A stretch of DNA of 64,000 bases. Source: Podarcis muralis (Eukaryota). The stretch's first letter is position 1. The number at the start of each line of letters is the position of its first letter. The stretch lies in the NCBI RefSeq assembly GCF_964188315.1, contig NC_135655.1, positions 114,576,001-114,640,000 on the forward strand, in the 5' to 3' direction. The translations under genes and the position numbers were made by a program. This document shows, piece by piece, positions 52,607 to 64,000 of this stretch. Below the pieces are notes generated by a model that did no database searches, was not told the DNA's origin, and saw only the letters and a list, made by a program, of their open reading frames with translations.

Positions 52607-52694
52607 GGCGCGCCAAGCCACCGTAGCCGGGGCGACTGGTGCCTGGGACGGAGCGCTGGACGGGGCGGCCTCGCTCGCCCCCGGCTCGGGATGG

Positions 52695-52792
52695 TTTATA
52701 AAAACTAAGGCCACGCTGGGAGGGGGGACGCGGCGCCTGGCTTCGCAGGGAGGGCCAGCAGGGAGCCCCCATTGGCTCCTCACGCCCACGTG
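52695..52792 (-). promoter_or_regulatory. HOXD13 core promoter (E-box, CCAAT, TATA)
   Basis: CACGTG 52787-52792, ATTGG 52771-52775, TATAAA on minus 52700-52695. Confidence 0.65.
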
Positions 52793-52824
52793 ATGGTAAC
52801 CCGGCCACCGGGAAACTGAGCCTG

Positions 52825-52826
<2 letters not shown>

Positions 52827-52895
<69 letters not shown>
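52827..52895. repeat. (AG)34 tract adjoining the HOXD13 promoter
   Basis: Perfect run starting 35 bp from the E-box. Confidence 0.95.
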
Positions 52896-52898
<3 letters not shown>

Positions 52899-54606
52899 CA
52901 CCCCTCCCTCCCTCCCACCTCCTCTCTTCTCCCTCTCTAAACTTTGTTTCCCTAGGTAGCTGCGGTTCTCAGATAAGGGGTTTTGTTCTATTTTTGGGAG
53001 GCGGGGGTGGAGAAGAGGAGGATTAATAGGAGGGGGCAGTGAAAGAGGGGCTTGAATAAGACTGAAATATTCATAAATGCCGACCACCCTCCCCCTTCGT
53101 CCTTCTCTCTGACAACCTCGGGCGAGGGGGGCGGGGGCTGACATCAATTTCGAACCAGTTCACAAGGAGAAATTCCAGTTTGGGATCCTGTTTACAGAAT
53201 ATCAGAACGCACACGCGCGCAGATTTCGGCCCTGGATAGGACCTCTGTAGAATTATCTATTCATAGATAAAGGAGGAGACTGAGGCGGGACATATATACC
53301 CTATCTACGCTGCCTTTAAATGTTATGTGGACATAGTTCTCAGCTCCAGGTCGCCAAGGCCAGGCGGTAATTTGAGGGGGGAAATGTTCTCAATAACAGT
53401 TCACCTGTCCTAGTTCGGGTTTCCTCTGATGCCTCGACCCAAACTGTACTCTTCAATGGGGTTTTAATGGTAGAGGTGCTTACCAGAGTTTTCTGAAGCG
53501 TAACTTGTCCGAAATGCACCGGTGGCGCCACGATTTGAAGCTGAACACCGATCCTAACCCAGTTTGCACCTAAGTAAGTCGCACTGGTTTCATTAATTCC
53601 CCGTCCCCCAATTTGTTTCACTAAGTACTTTCGAGCTGCAGCCTAACTTATCTGTTAAGAGCACGAGAACGTGTATAGGCGTGAGAGGACATTATGCATT
53701 AATTCGTATAACATTATACATGTATTTTGTATGATAGACATATCTCTGCACAGCAACACTGTATTGCACAGGCACAAACAGCAGCAGGTCTACCTCTCGG
53801 CCCGCTGTATCCCTGCATCAGCAACCAAATCTGAGATTCACTTTCTTGGGCTTTGGATTTGAATCACTGGGCTCTAAGGAACCGGTGAGTTTGCTTAGTT
53901 TCCAGATGGGTTCAGCCCTGGGTCTCTTGGAGCTAAAAGCTTTTGGGTGTCACAAGTCTCTTCGTCGGGCTTCTTTAGTGCAGCTTTCAAGAGGGTGAAG
54001 ATTAGGGAGACTCTTCCTGCTGCTGAGCAGAAGCTGGAGCTCAGAAAAGTTAAAACGCGAGTGTGCGCACCGGTTTCATACAGTGAAAACAGTGCCAGAG
54101 CTCTCTATTTATTTATGCGGTTTAAGGGCGAGGTAGGGCTCTGTTGACGCCTTCCTTACACCTCGATTCTCAGAAAGTTACCTGGGAGCAAGCCCCGTTG
54201 AACTCAGTATCAGCTTCTACGCAGTCGACCTACGTGGCTGCAAATCTCCCCGTGACTTTCCTCCAGAGACAAAATTCGTAGGATCGAGCCGCTGTGCTTC
54301 AGCTGTGATCATAGGCATGGTTGCCCGCGAGTAAATCCCGGTAAATGTAACCTTAGCAGCCTTACTTCGTCCCCTTGGCTTTCCGGAGTTGCCGGGGGAT
54401 CTTCCTAAAGCCCGCTCTTTAAGCTGCAGTTCCCACGAGCATCGCGCAGATATGCGGGTCTGGGGTGTTAGATGCGCACAGAATCGAATAAACCCCCTCG
54501 CTTATTTTACCCTCCCTGGTCGATGGACTTTCTGGTTGTAGGAACTTATCAGCAGGCTATAGAATAGGAAAGAAGGAAGGTAGGAAGGTAGGAAGAATGA
54601 GAGAGA

Positions 54607-54671
<65 letters not shown>

Positions 54672-54673
54672 AA
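54607..54673. repeat. (GAAA)n microsatellite
   Basis: Seen directly. Confidence 0.95.
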
Positions 54674-57391
54674 TCCCTGGAATATAGCAAAATGCTTTTA
54701 AAAGACACTCAAGTCTTAAAACATGTCTTAAAAGTGCTTAAACCATTGTAAGGAAAAGGGGGGTGACTCCTTTCCCCCTGAATGGAAAGAGATATTTATA
54801 TCCAAGCAGAAAGGCTAAAATAGGACTGCGAAAAGACTCGGGCAAAGGGTGTGGGTGGACAGGCGCTTGGTCCGGCTTCGGATCCGAAAAGAATTCGCGA
54901 CGAGGGAAAGAGGCCGCCTTGCGCAACAGGAGAAGAAAGAAACCTGCAGCCGCGGCTTCTGAGAATCACTCGGCAAATGGAAGCAGCAACCGGCCGGGCG
55001 GGTCACGAGAGGTCTATTCGCCATGGTTTGCAGCCCTCCTAATAACTCTTGGCAGTTTCCGAGGCAAGAGCGAGGAATGACAAAGCCGTGCCAGTAACGA
55101 CAGCAGCAACCGGCTGGGAGCAAACACAAGTTCACGTTCATTAAGTCTCGATCGCTTAACTTCACTGACTGCCGATCCTCCTAATCAACGGAGCGCGCCA
55201 GTAAGTGAAACTGACAAAGGTCACGAAGTTCACTCCTGTCTAAACCCGATTTCTGTTTGTTTCCAGGACGTGTAAAGGAGTCGGTAATTAGGAAGTGGTT
55301 ACTAAGGGCACGACGTTAAAAAAAATATTTTTTAAAAATCTACTCGGCTGAACTCCACCCCCCCCTTTTCTTTCTTAATTGCATACAGTTAAGGAAACAT
55401 TTATATTCCGAAATAATAGAAATATCGGAACAGAATAAGGTTGCCACCAAATTCAAGCTGCAGCCTTTCTACGGCTTGTCTGGATGCACGCGGTTAGGAT
55501 AAAGGTGTTTATGTAACCCAGTTGCAATCCTGCTCAACATTTGAGTCAGAAGTAGGATAAATACATTCCGGACACGATGCAGCCAGAGGTAGGCCTTTGA
55601 AAAGGATTCAGCCGGCTTACTGGGGGCAGTATTTACTAGGACTTAAATATTTCCCATTGTGTTCAATGGTGCTTCCTCCTAGGGGCATAAGGACTGCAGT
55701 CTTCCTTGGAGAGGGTTACTTTCCTCCAATGGGATCATTAGGCTTCCCAGAGCGTTAAATTGTGTCTGGATCGTGTCTTATCATTTTGCTATACGTTCTT
55801 CATTGTTTTTCATTGCAGGAGAGATCGTCGCTGCCAGCGGTCGTGGTTGGGGGAGTCTTTCCCCGCACCCACACTTTTGGGGGGGACCATCTATTCCACA
55901 AGCCCCGAACACGGCTTGACCTCATCCATTCCAGCGAGGTGATAAGGTAGTTTTATGAGCTGTGGGGAGAACTGAGGGTCTGACCACGCGGGTGTGGGAG
56001 ACCGCGAATGGGAATCAAAACAATGAGGTCAACCAGGCAAAGGTACTTTGTAAGGTAGGTAGGAAAAGCACCCTGCCGCCATTCTCATTTGAGCAAAACC
56101 TGTTGCTCCGACTGGGGCTGAGGCTCATTCCAGAGGAGTCAACAGCCGCTGCAATGATCCACAGGTTACTGCTGCAGAATGACAGGCCGGGTCGTGTTGA
56201 CCTATGGCTCTGCGCGCGCAAGGAATGGGGATGGCTGGCTGAGATTACGAGGAGGCGGCAATGCTCGGAAAACAACTTGTCTAACAAGACTGGCATATTT
56301 GAAGAGGCACCAGGGCATACTGGCGGAGCTTTATTCCGTTTGCAACACCCCCTTTCGGGAATCCCTTTCCGTCCCCTCCCTCTCCCCCTTGGCATTAAGT
56401 CAACGTGTGTGCAGCTGACATCATATCTGCCTTACATTTTCCATTTGCAAATGGCGCAGGCATCAGAAGGAACGATTTTGTTGGGGACGCAGTGAAAAGA
56501 ACGAGGGGCTTCCTAGGAAAGGAGAAAAACACACACACACACCCGCGAAGAAGCTGTGATTTGTGCTTCGAGGAGAAATTACCTCATTTTCCCTCCCTAA
56601 TATCTGCAGCGACCTAATCCAATCGCTATGCAGAGCCATTTCCTAATTAAAGGCTGTTTTAAGTCTTTCGGCGACCCACCCCGACCACATCCCTCGGCTT
56701 TTATCTCCTAAGCACAAGTTCCCAATGGCTCCATTTAAATTGACCCGTTTCCAAGTGAGTGGACCCGGAAGCGCAGCCTCTTGCTGGGACACGCAACAAA
56801 AACCCGAGCCAGATAACCTCGTGCGCCAGAGAGGATCGAATGTCCTCCCCGCTGCCAATTCATCTTCTTTATGAAAAGTCTTGACCTTAATTTCGATCAC
56901 CCGCGTCTTAAAATGCATTGCGCATAAGTTAGTTTAGGAATTGTGTCAATGGGACTTTTAAAATATATTTATTACTTCGGTGCAAGTGGTTATCATCACC
57001 AGCGCAGGAAGGTCATTCCGTTTATTCAGCAAATCTGATTCAGGGATTCCACCCTGACCAAATTTTGTGTCCTACTTGCGCAAAACGGCTGAGTCCGCCC
57101 CCCCAACTCCTGTATGAGAAAGGATGGGTTGCCCTCAGTAATGTAGTAAGCAAGGAAAAGGAAGGGGGGTGGAGGGGGAAGAACTATTGGAAATATATGG
57201 TTGCTTTACCCCACTCATGTGTTTGTTTGTTTGTTTGTTTGCTTGCTTGCTTGCTTGTTTATTGATTTGTTTGTTTATTTGTTTGCTTATTTGCAATCCA
57301 GTGCAGAATTCTCCCTCTGAAGTGGTTAGGATTTTCACTACCTCTATTTCCATAAACTTCCAGTCCGCTGAGGTGTAACTGAATTGTACTA

Positions 57392-57608
57392 CAGTGGTTC
57401 CTCGGGTTACAGACGCTTCGGGTTACAAACTCCGCTAACCAGGAAGTGGTTGCTCCAGGTTAAGAACTTTGCCCCAGGATAAGAACGGAAATCGCGCGAT
57501 AGCGGCAGCAAGAGGCCCCATTAGCGAAAGCGCGCCTCAGGTTAAGAACAGTTTCAGGTTTAGAACGGACCTCTGGAACGAATAAAGTTCTTAACCCGAG
57601 CCACCACA
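57392..57608. mobile_element. Second Tc1/mariner-type MITE copy, inverted relative to the 36195 copy
   Basis: TA|CAGTGGTTCCTCGGGTTAC left TIR, degenerate right TIR then TA. Internal GAGGCCCCATTAGC...CAGGTTAAGAACAGTTTCAGG...GAACGGACCTC is the reverse complement of the first copy. Confidence 0.85.
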
Positions 57609-58966
57609 TACATATTACAATGTTTGAATTATGACTTACAGCGCGATCCTATACATCCCTGCTAAGAAGAAGGCTGCTGTGACTTCAGTAAGGTTCGTGC
57701 CCAAGCAAGTGGCTGTAGGCTGACATCAGCAATCCTGATTTTTAAAGAAAGGAATAAATCGCTGTTTAAAAAAGGAAAAAGGCAGGCGCGTCCACACCGA
57801 CCGTTTCTAGGTGTACCACCAGATTACGCGTGCATGGCAAAACTGACGGTGTAAAACGGTGCAAGGCGCATTGGTGTCAAGACCCGCTGGTTTTTAATGG
57901 GAAAGTCTCTCAAGTGTTTTGATCTCTCTCAGCTGAATTCAAGAACTGAATTCATAACTTAAGAATGGTTTCCAAAATTAAAGCCGCCTAACTTCACAAA
58001 TCCCGTTTTACTTGTTGGGGTTGTGCCATATCAACAGTGGATCAACCCTGGTTACTGTCCAGCCAAAAGGCCGCTTCATTTCGAGGGGAGAAGTCAGCGC
58101 CCTCTTCAGCCTCTCTTAGAAACGGCTTTGGGTGGACCGTGTCCTGATTGCGACCTCAAACTGAAGTTCGCCTGCAAATCATGAAGTTAGCAGTTAAGGT
58201 AGGTAACTCAGACTGAACTGGGTGAAGTGACGTAAAGCGGCAGAGATTGGCAATACCCCTGTTCCATGCATGCTCACTTCATAAGTTTGTCCGACTGAGT
58301 ACCATGGGGCTTGTTCCCAAGTGCACCCACGTGTACGCATTCACCTGGGAACTTTGGGCAACATTCCATACATCTGATGAAGCGGACTCTGGTCCAGAAT
58401 GCTGGTGCCATTTAACGAGGCAGCATTATTCTGAATATCAGTAGAAGAGTCAGAGAGGAGAGCGCTTCGCATAGGTATCTGGTGGTCACTGTGAGAACGC
58501 AGGATGCCGGGCCTGATCCTGCAGGGCTCTTCTTTAACGTTTTAGTTCTTAAAGGGTTTGTGTGTGCGTGTGTGTGTATAGGATCTCAGCTTTCTACCCC
58601 GCCATACAGTTATTCCCACCTCAGTATAATTCAGCTAAAATGTTTGTTGATTAAGACCGGTTTCCATCTGTAAGCATTGCAAGATATATTAGAACCCTCT
58701 TTAGCACGTACCCGAAGCGCATTAGACCCCTCGCTGATGTGCAGTTCCCAGTTCAGTTCGAGCCCCGTCCTACAGAAGTCAACACGAAAACCTCCCATGG
58801 ATATGGATCTGAATGTTTGCGGATCGCACGCAAACCAAGGATAATGCATGCTATTGCAGAACGCATTAATAGAGAAGCGTAATCGTGCAGCCCCATATAC
58901 GTCTACTTAGAAGTAAACTTAACTGAGTTCAGCGGGGCTTTCTCACAGGTGACTGTGTATCGGATT

Positions 58967-59133
58967 CATAGGAGCCAACTCCCAAGGGCCAAATAAAATA
59001 TTTAAGAGGGGCCAGGGCCCCCCCAAAGTTGATCGGCATTGGCATTCAAATGGGGTGTGCGATCGATTATGTGGGGCGGGGCTTACCTGTGTGTGTCCCC
59101 CCCCCCAATGTTTTATTCAAGTTGGCACCCCTG
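58967..59133. mobile_element. hAT-type MITE (167 bp) with perfect 8-bp TSD
   Basis: ATCGGATT at 58959-58966 and 59134-59141. Imperfect TIR CATAGGAGCCAACT / AGTTGGCACCCCTG (11/14). Confidence 0.88.
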
Positions 59134-59354
59134 ATCGGATTGCAGTTTTAAGTTTCCGCAGAAGTCCTGTAAACTCCTCGGCATCAGTTCTTCAACACAC
59201 GCTCTGCGTCTCTCTTTCTCTGTGTCTGTGTACATGCACGCCCGCACAAATACATATCTACGGCTTATTTCCTTAAACGGAGGTGGAAGACTCTTATTTG
59301 AAGTTGGACCTTCTTCCAACCATTCCATTAGAAGCCGGAAGTACCCAAACCTGA

Positions 59355-59368
59355 CCACTAGATGGCCC
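59355..59368 (+). promoter_or_regulatory. CTCF core motif between HOXD13 and the EVX2 side
   Basis: CCACTAGATGGCCC, 13/14 to the consensus. Confidence 0.65.
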
Positions 59369-59533
59369 TACAAGTTCTCCTGTAAGGGTTCGGAATGTTG
59401 GTGGACGCCGGTTTGTGCTCGACTGTCCTGCTAGCAGGAAACGTGAAGCCTCAAAGTTTACCTCGGTTTCTGCAAGAGGAAGTGGGCTGGGGAGAGAGAT
59501 GCTAGAAATTCTTCTCTATCCTTTTACAGATAG

Positions 59534-59749
59534 GTAGCCGTGTTGGTCTGCCATAGTCAAAACAAAAAAAATTCCTTCCAGTAGCACCTTAAAGACCAAC
59601 TAAGTTAGTTCTTGGTATGAGCTTTCGTGTGCATGCACACTTCTTCACATACGAGTATCTGAAGAAGTGTGCATGCACACGAAAGCTCATACCAAGAACT
59701 AACTTAGTTGGTCTTTAAGGTGCTACTGGAAGGAATTTTTTTTTGTTTT
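59534..59749. mobile_element. Penelope-like retroelement pseudo-LTR in inverted (palindromic) arrangement
   Basis: 84-bp perfect inverted arms at 59564-59647 and 59660-59743 around a 12-bp spacer. Contains the CTGAAGAAG...CGAAAGCT motif typical of reptile Penelope-like element ends. Confidence 0.75.
59655..59692 (+). ncRNA. Minimal type-I hammerhead ribozyme motif (Penelope type)
   Basis: GUAU-CUGAAGA-A-GUGUG(CAUG)CACAC-GAAA-GC-UC-AUAC. Stem I is GUAU/AUAC, stem II is 5 bp, stem III is the palindrome AGCU, with predicted cleavage after C59688. Confidence 0.6.
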
Positions 59750-60210
59750 TTCTCTATCCTTTGTCTTCCAATAAGTCAACCAAACCTCAACCTCTCCTCC
59801 AGGCATTGCAGGATAGATAATCGCGTGTGCGTCGACAACTAACGCTTGCCTCTAATTAGATGAGAGAAAAGGTCAGGGAATCAACTGGATTACCTTGGCC
59901 TTCCACTTGGTCTTTGCTTTTGCATTATTATTGCGTGTGTTTTTTGTGTGTGGTTTTTTTGGTATTGTACTATCAGAGTGTTGAAGGAAGCAAATTTCAG
60001 AAATTTCATGGTGGCTTTCCTAGGCAGGGCAGAATTCTCCACCAGATGCACGAAGTGGACAGAGAAATAAGAGGGGGGTGTATATGTGTGTGTATGGAGA
60101 AAGCCAGGGGAGGAGTGCCAGACAGGCCGAGTGGCTGGAGAGGCGGTGGGAGAGGTTTGCGTGTGGTCCTTGTCCCAGATGCGAATGATATTTATTCTAC
60201 TTATTCTACT

Positions 60211-60450
60211 GTGGTGTAGTGGTTAAGAGCGGTAGTCACGTAATCTGGGAAACCGGGTTCGCGTCTCTGCTCCTCCACATGCAGCTGCTGGGTGACCTTG
60301 GGCTAGTCACACTTCTCTGAAGTCTCTCAGCCTCACTCAATTCACAGAGTGTTTGTTGTGGGGAAGGAAGGGAAAGGAGAATGTTAGCCACTTTGAGGCT
60401 CCTTCGGGTAGAGATATAGCGGGATATCAAATCCAAACTCTTCTTCTTCT
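60211..60450 (+). mobile_element. tRNA-derived squamate SINE (Squam3-like)
   Basis: Box A GTGGTGTAGTGG, box-B-like CCGGGTTCG, body GCTGGGTGACCTTGGGCTAGTCAC...CTCTCAGCCTCAC, (CTT)n tail, possible TTCTACT duplication at the flanks. Confidence 0.8.
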
Positions 60451-62327
60451 ACTACTGGTTTCTGGATTCCCTATATTTATCATATTTTTAATATATCTCA
60501 TCTACTTCTCTCACTCATACACACGCACACAGATGCATATGCAAACATAAATAAATATGATACTTCTGGGCGTGTGTTTTATATGTTTGTTTATTTATTT
60601 AAACAAGTGGGCTGCTCCGGTGTTCCCTATATACCAGCGTCCTTCGTAACTGTTGCACAGCAGTCTTTGCGCCTATACTTTGTGAGCGTGCCGTGGTTGG
60701 CGCGAGTGTCTGCGCCTACACATCCCCACGGGCGCTCCTGTACGCGCAGCCCCTGGCGCATAAATTGAGAATTGAAGATGCAGCAGCAGTCCCGGTGGTG
60801 AAACAAAGCAGAAACATAATCTGAACGCTATCGGGACCCTGGAAGGGTGAATGTTAAAAATCCTACGAGCGAAGAGCGCCCTATAATACCACGGAGAAGG
60901 CGCGGGTTTCTCCTCTTGGGGGGGGGGGGGCAGCACCTGACCTATCGCCCTCCTCCCGAGGTTGAGAGAAACCCAAGCGAGCTTGACCCCCTGTTTGACC
61001 CGTCCTGTTCTTGCTGACACTCGCGGTGAAACCAAGTTCATCCCAGACGGTCTGGCATTGGAGGGTCTAGACAGATGTAAACATAGCCAGGACTTCCAAG
61101 ACAGGCTTCTGTGTGGAGACTCCGCTGCGGGGACGCCCCTGTTTATTACCTGCTCCAGAAGCAACGCTATGCAGTTCACCTCAAAGGACCCGCAGTAAAG
61201 ACGGGAAACAAATATTTACTCAGCCTCCCTTCCTATGAACACTTCGACTCTTTAAAAGCTGCCGGGGCTTTCGGTCCCACTTGAAACCTGCGCTCCATTT
61301 CAATTAAGTCGGATGAGACCCCCTCAATTAAAAGTTAACAAACAAGGGTCGCTTATTCTTTGATGTCTCAGGGCTCAGTTTTTGAGAGGGGGTTATTTTA
61401 AAGCTTGGCTTCAGGCCGTAGCAGCTACATAAAACTTATAAGGACAACTGAGTCAACACTGTGCAAGCAAAACCAGCCCTGCACATTTGTCTGCTAACAT
61501 TCCCCATTTCTAAAATGTCTTTAAAAACACACACACACACACAAGAGCAACAACTTTAAACCCCCAGAAATAGTTTCCTAAACGAAGAATAGTTCTAAAG
61601 AGCCTTCGAGCCCATTAATCGAGTTGTCTAGGAATATAAAACATCAAATAACGACTTTATTAGTATTATTTTGCTTTCTTTCTGGAGAGTAATGACCAGC
61701 TGCCATTGGCTGCGGTCGGCGTCGTTACGCAATATCTACTTAGCGGATGATTATTAAACTGCCTTTTACGGCGCGCACTAAACTTTCCCCTCTCACGAGA
61801 AGAGAGCCAAACTTTGAAAGAGGTCTCACATAAACTCGAGGACTGCTATTCTTTAAAAGGTGCAAAATATAAAATAACACTAATAAAGGGGAGTTGGGGA
61901 GTCCAGACGACTGCAGCCCTCCTTCGGCTGAAGGGTCTCAGTTCGAAACGCGCGCTCGGCACCGCAGCTCTTTTCCTCGAAGGAGAAGGGGCCAGGAGAC
62001 GGGGGGGGGGGCTTCGTGATTCTAGGAGACGGTGCTGAAGATGTCGGTTTTCTGAAGATTTTAGGCTGGCGAAGGAAAGGGGGTGCAGGAGAAGATGCAA
62101 AATAATTATATCGCGCGTGTTAACGCCGCTGAGAAAACGGATGGGGGCGCCAAACGACAGCAATAAAGCCGCCCGCAGATTTCCGCTTCCCATTTTATAA
62201 CTGGTTGGTTACTCACTCCCACGCGGTGGCTAAAGCTTCCTCGGAAATCGATATGCATGTCTTCTCCAACCCAGAGCCAAACGGTGTTTCTTGTCTGTTT
62301 AGAGAGGACAGCATCGCTCTTATAGTA

Positions 62328-62361
<34 letters not shown>

Positions 62362-63083
62362 GGTTTAGGGTTTCTTTTGCTGGCGATCCTCTGATATGCA
62401 AAACTCGGAGGCCTGGTCTACAGTCAAGAGCGTTCACGCGGAAATCTGGCGGATTCCAAGTTCTGTGGAATTTTTATAGGATCCCAGCAAAAGAGAGAGA
62501 GGAACGGAGGGAGGGAGGGAGGGAGGGAGAGTTGTGTGGACTCAGAAAAACAACAACTCGGAAATGGTTTCTGCTCCAGTTTAAAACGGGAGAGTGACTG
62601 CCAGAGAGCAGAAGGCTGCTGTCGTCGTAGTTTAGTCACCGGGTGGGCTCTGGGACGCTTGTCAGGATAGGGGCATTTGGTCAATCAGACAGGAAGAGGT
62701 TAATTCCTAACCGCACCGTTGTCCGCTTCTACTTCCTTGTGTGTTTTTGAGAAAGGGAGGGGTTTGTAATAGTAGCAATAGAGGATCGCACAGAAATGCC
62801 ATTTTTGCACCTTGAATGTTTCTCAGTAATAAGAGATCCTGTTCTCAAATGCCTCCACGGACAAGCGCATGCTCTGTTTCCAATTTGTTTGCCATTTTCA
62901 CGCTTTCCTGTTGTAATACGCACCCAGGCTTCTACAGCGAAATTCGCACTTCGGGAAACCACCGAAGGCTCGCCTTAATTGGTTGGGTGGGGTTTAATGA
63001 ACAACAGACCCCCTTAGAGAGCCTCAACCGATCTCGAACAGTTGACCTGGGAAGGAGGGGAAACCCAACAAGAGCAACGAAGA

Positions 63084-63210
63084 TAGCTCCGTCAGTAACT
63101 GAGCAAGAGACTCTTAATTTTAGGGTCGTGGGTTCGAGCCCCATATTGGGCACTGCAGGGAGTTGGACTAGATGACCCTGGTGGCCCCCTTGCAACTCTA
63201 CAGTTCTATG
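63084..63210 (+). mobile_element. tRNA-Lys(CTT)-derived SINE with CR1-derived tail
   Basis: GAGACTCTTAATTTTAGGGTCGTGGGTTCGAGCCCCATATTGGGC closely resembles tRNA-Lys-CTT (D arm degraded) and is fused to GCAGGGAGTTGGACTAGATGACCCT...TTCTATG. Confidence 0.8.
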
Positions 63211-63387
63211 GTTAAGAGTCTTGACTAACACACTGGTTGTGGCGGAAGTTTTCATGGCTTAGAGTCCTCTGGCTTCTCGAGTCCAGGAAAGCTTATGACG
63301 TAATAAACGCTAAGGCGCCGCTGGGCTCTTGGAATGCCTGCGCAGCACATATTTAAAGAACACGCCCCTCCCCAAAAATAATAATCA

Positions 63388-63453
63388 TGGGAACTGTAGT
63401 TTGCCCACCACAGAGCTGACATTCCTAGCACCCTTAGCAAACTACAGTTCCCA
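63388..63453. repeat. 17-bp perfect inverted repeat, probable MITE relic
   Basis: TGGGAACTGTAGTTTGC at 63388-63404 and GCAAACTACAGTTCCCA at 63437-63453. Confidence 0.65.
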
Positions 63454-64000
63454 GGATTCTTTGTGAGATGGGAGGAATGTGCTTTAAATATGTGTTTTAA
63501 AGGTACGGTGCTGCTTTTGCAACAACAGCCTTAACACACAGCTGGGGGTTTGGATTTTTTAAAATCTGACTATTATGTGTAGGATCAATTTAATGTTAAT
63601 ATTCCATGAAGTCTTTAAGAGGACCTTGGACCAAACTACTCTCTCTTTTTCTCACACACAAACACTTCTGAGTCACTTTAGGGGAAATTATTACGTAGGA
63701 TCCAGGTGTTCTTCAGAAATCCGTGGCAACACCACCCTAAGCACACTGAGAGTGGATCTTATCAGGGGGCGCGCAAGTGAGAGCACCAATGCCCTTTACT
63801 TGCCCTCTGGCTAGAGAGCCCTGGACTTTATCCAGGGTACACCCAACATCTGGGAGAAATGGGTCAACATCATGCACATTAAAAGCACGTCTAAGTCAGA
63901 AATTAAACACATTTTAATGGCGGACCTGCTTAGCTCTGCACTGTTGGAATCAACGGGATTTGAAATCGCTTCAGAGCGCAAGCTTCTGCGCATCTACTCG

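Noticed and set aside
52473-53147. 225-codon in-frame extension upstream of the HOXD13 ATG
   Set aside because: Runs through the TATA box, CCAAT box and (TC)n tract, so it is promoter DNA rather than mRNA; GC-rich and stop-poor.
53510-53530. CTCF-like GCACCGGTGGCGCC
   Set aside because: Lacks the core A and matches only about 9/14.
63084-63150. Possible tRNA-Lys(CTT) gene
   Set aside because: D arm and acceptor stem are degraded and it is fused to a CR1 tail, so it is a SINE head, not a functional tRNA.

Overview
Posterior (5') part of a vertebrate HoxD cluster, with every gene on the minus strand. In order these are HOXD9, HOXD10, HOXD11, HOXD12 and HOXD13. Each has two exons, a phase-1 GT-AG intron, an intact reading frame and an Abd-B-class homeodomain in exon 2. 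HOXD8 and EVX2 coding exons are not in the window. An intact HOXD12 plus squamate-type SINE, MITE, CR1 and Penelope repeats point to a lizard, probably a lacertid (inference). The most notable observations are: (1) a strong-Kozak uORF in the HOXD13 leader whose UGA overlaps the main AUG (AUGA); (2) a Penelope-type palindrome with 84-bp perfect arms carrying a minimal hammerhead ribozyme motif upstream of HOXD13; (3) a mariner-type MITE just before the first poly(A) signal of HOXD12; (4) deletions, poly-Ala insertions and homeodomain substitutions in normally conserved motifs; (5) a CCAAT/E-box promoter module shared by HOXD9 and HOXD13, and CTCF motifs that switch orientation across the cluster. 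Comparisons with human or other orthologues are from memory of those sequences, were not computed, and need alignment to confirm.
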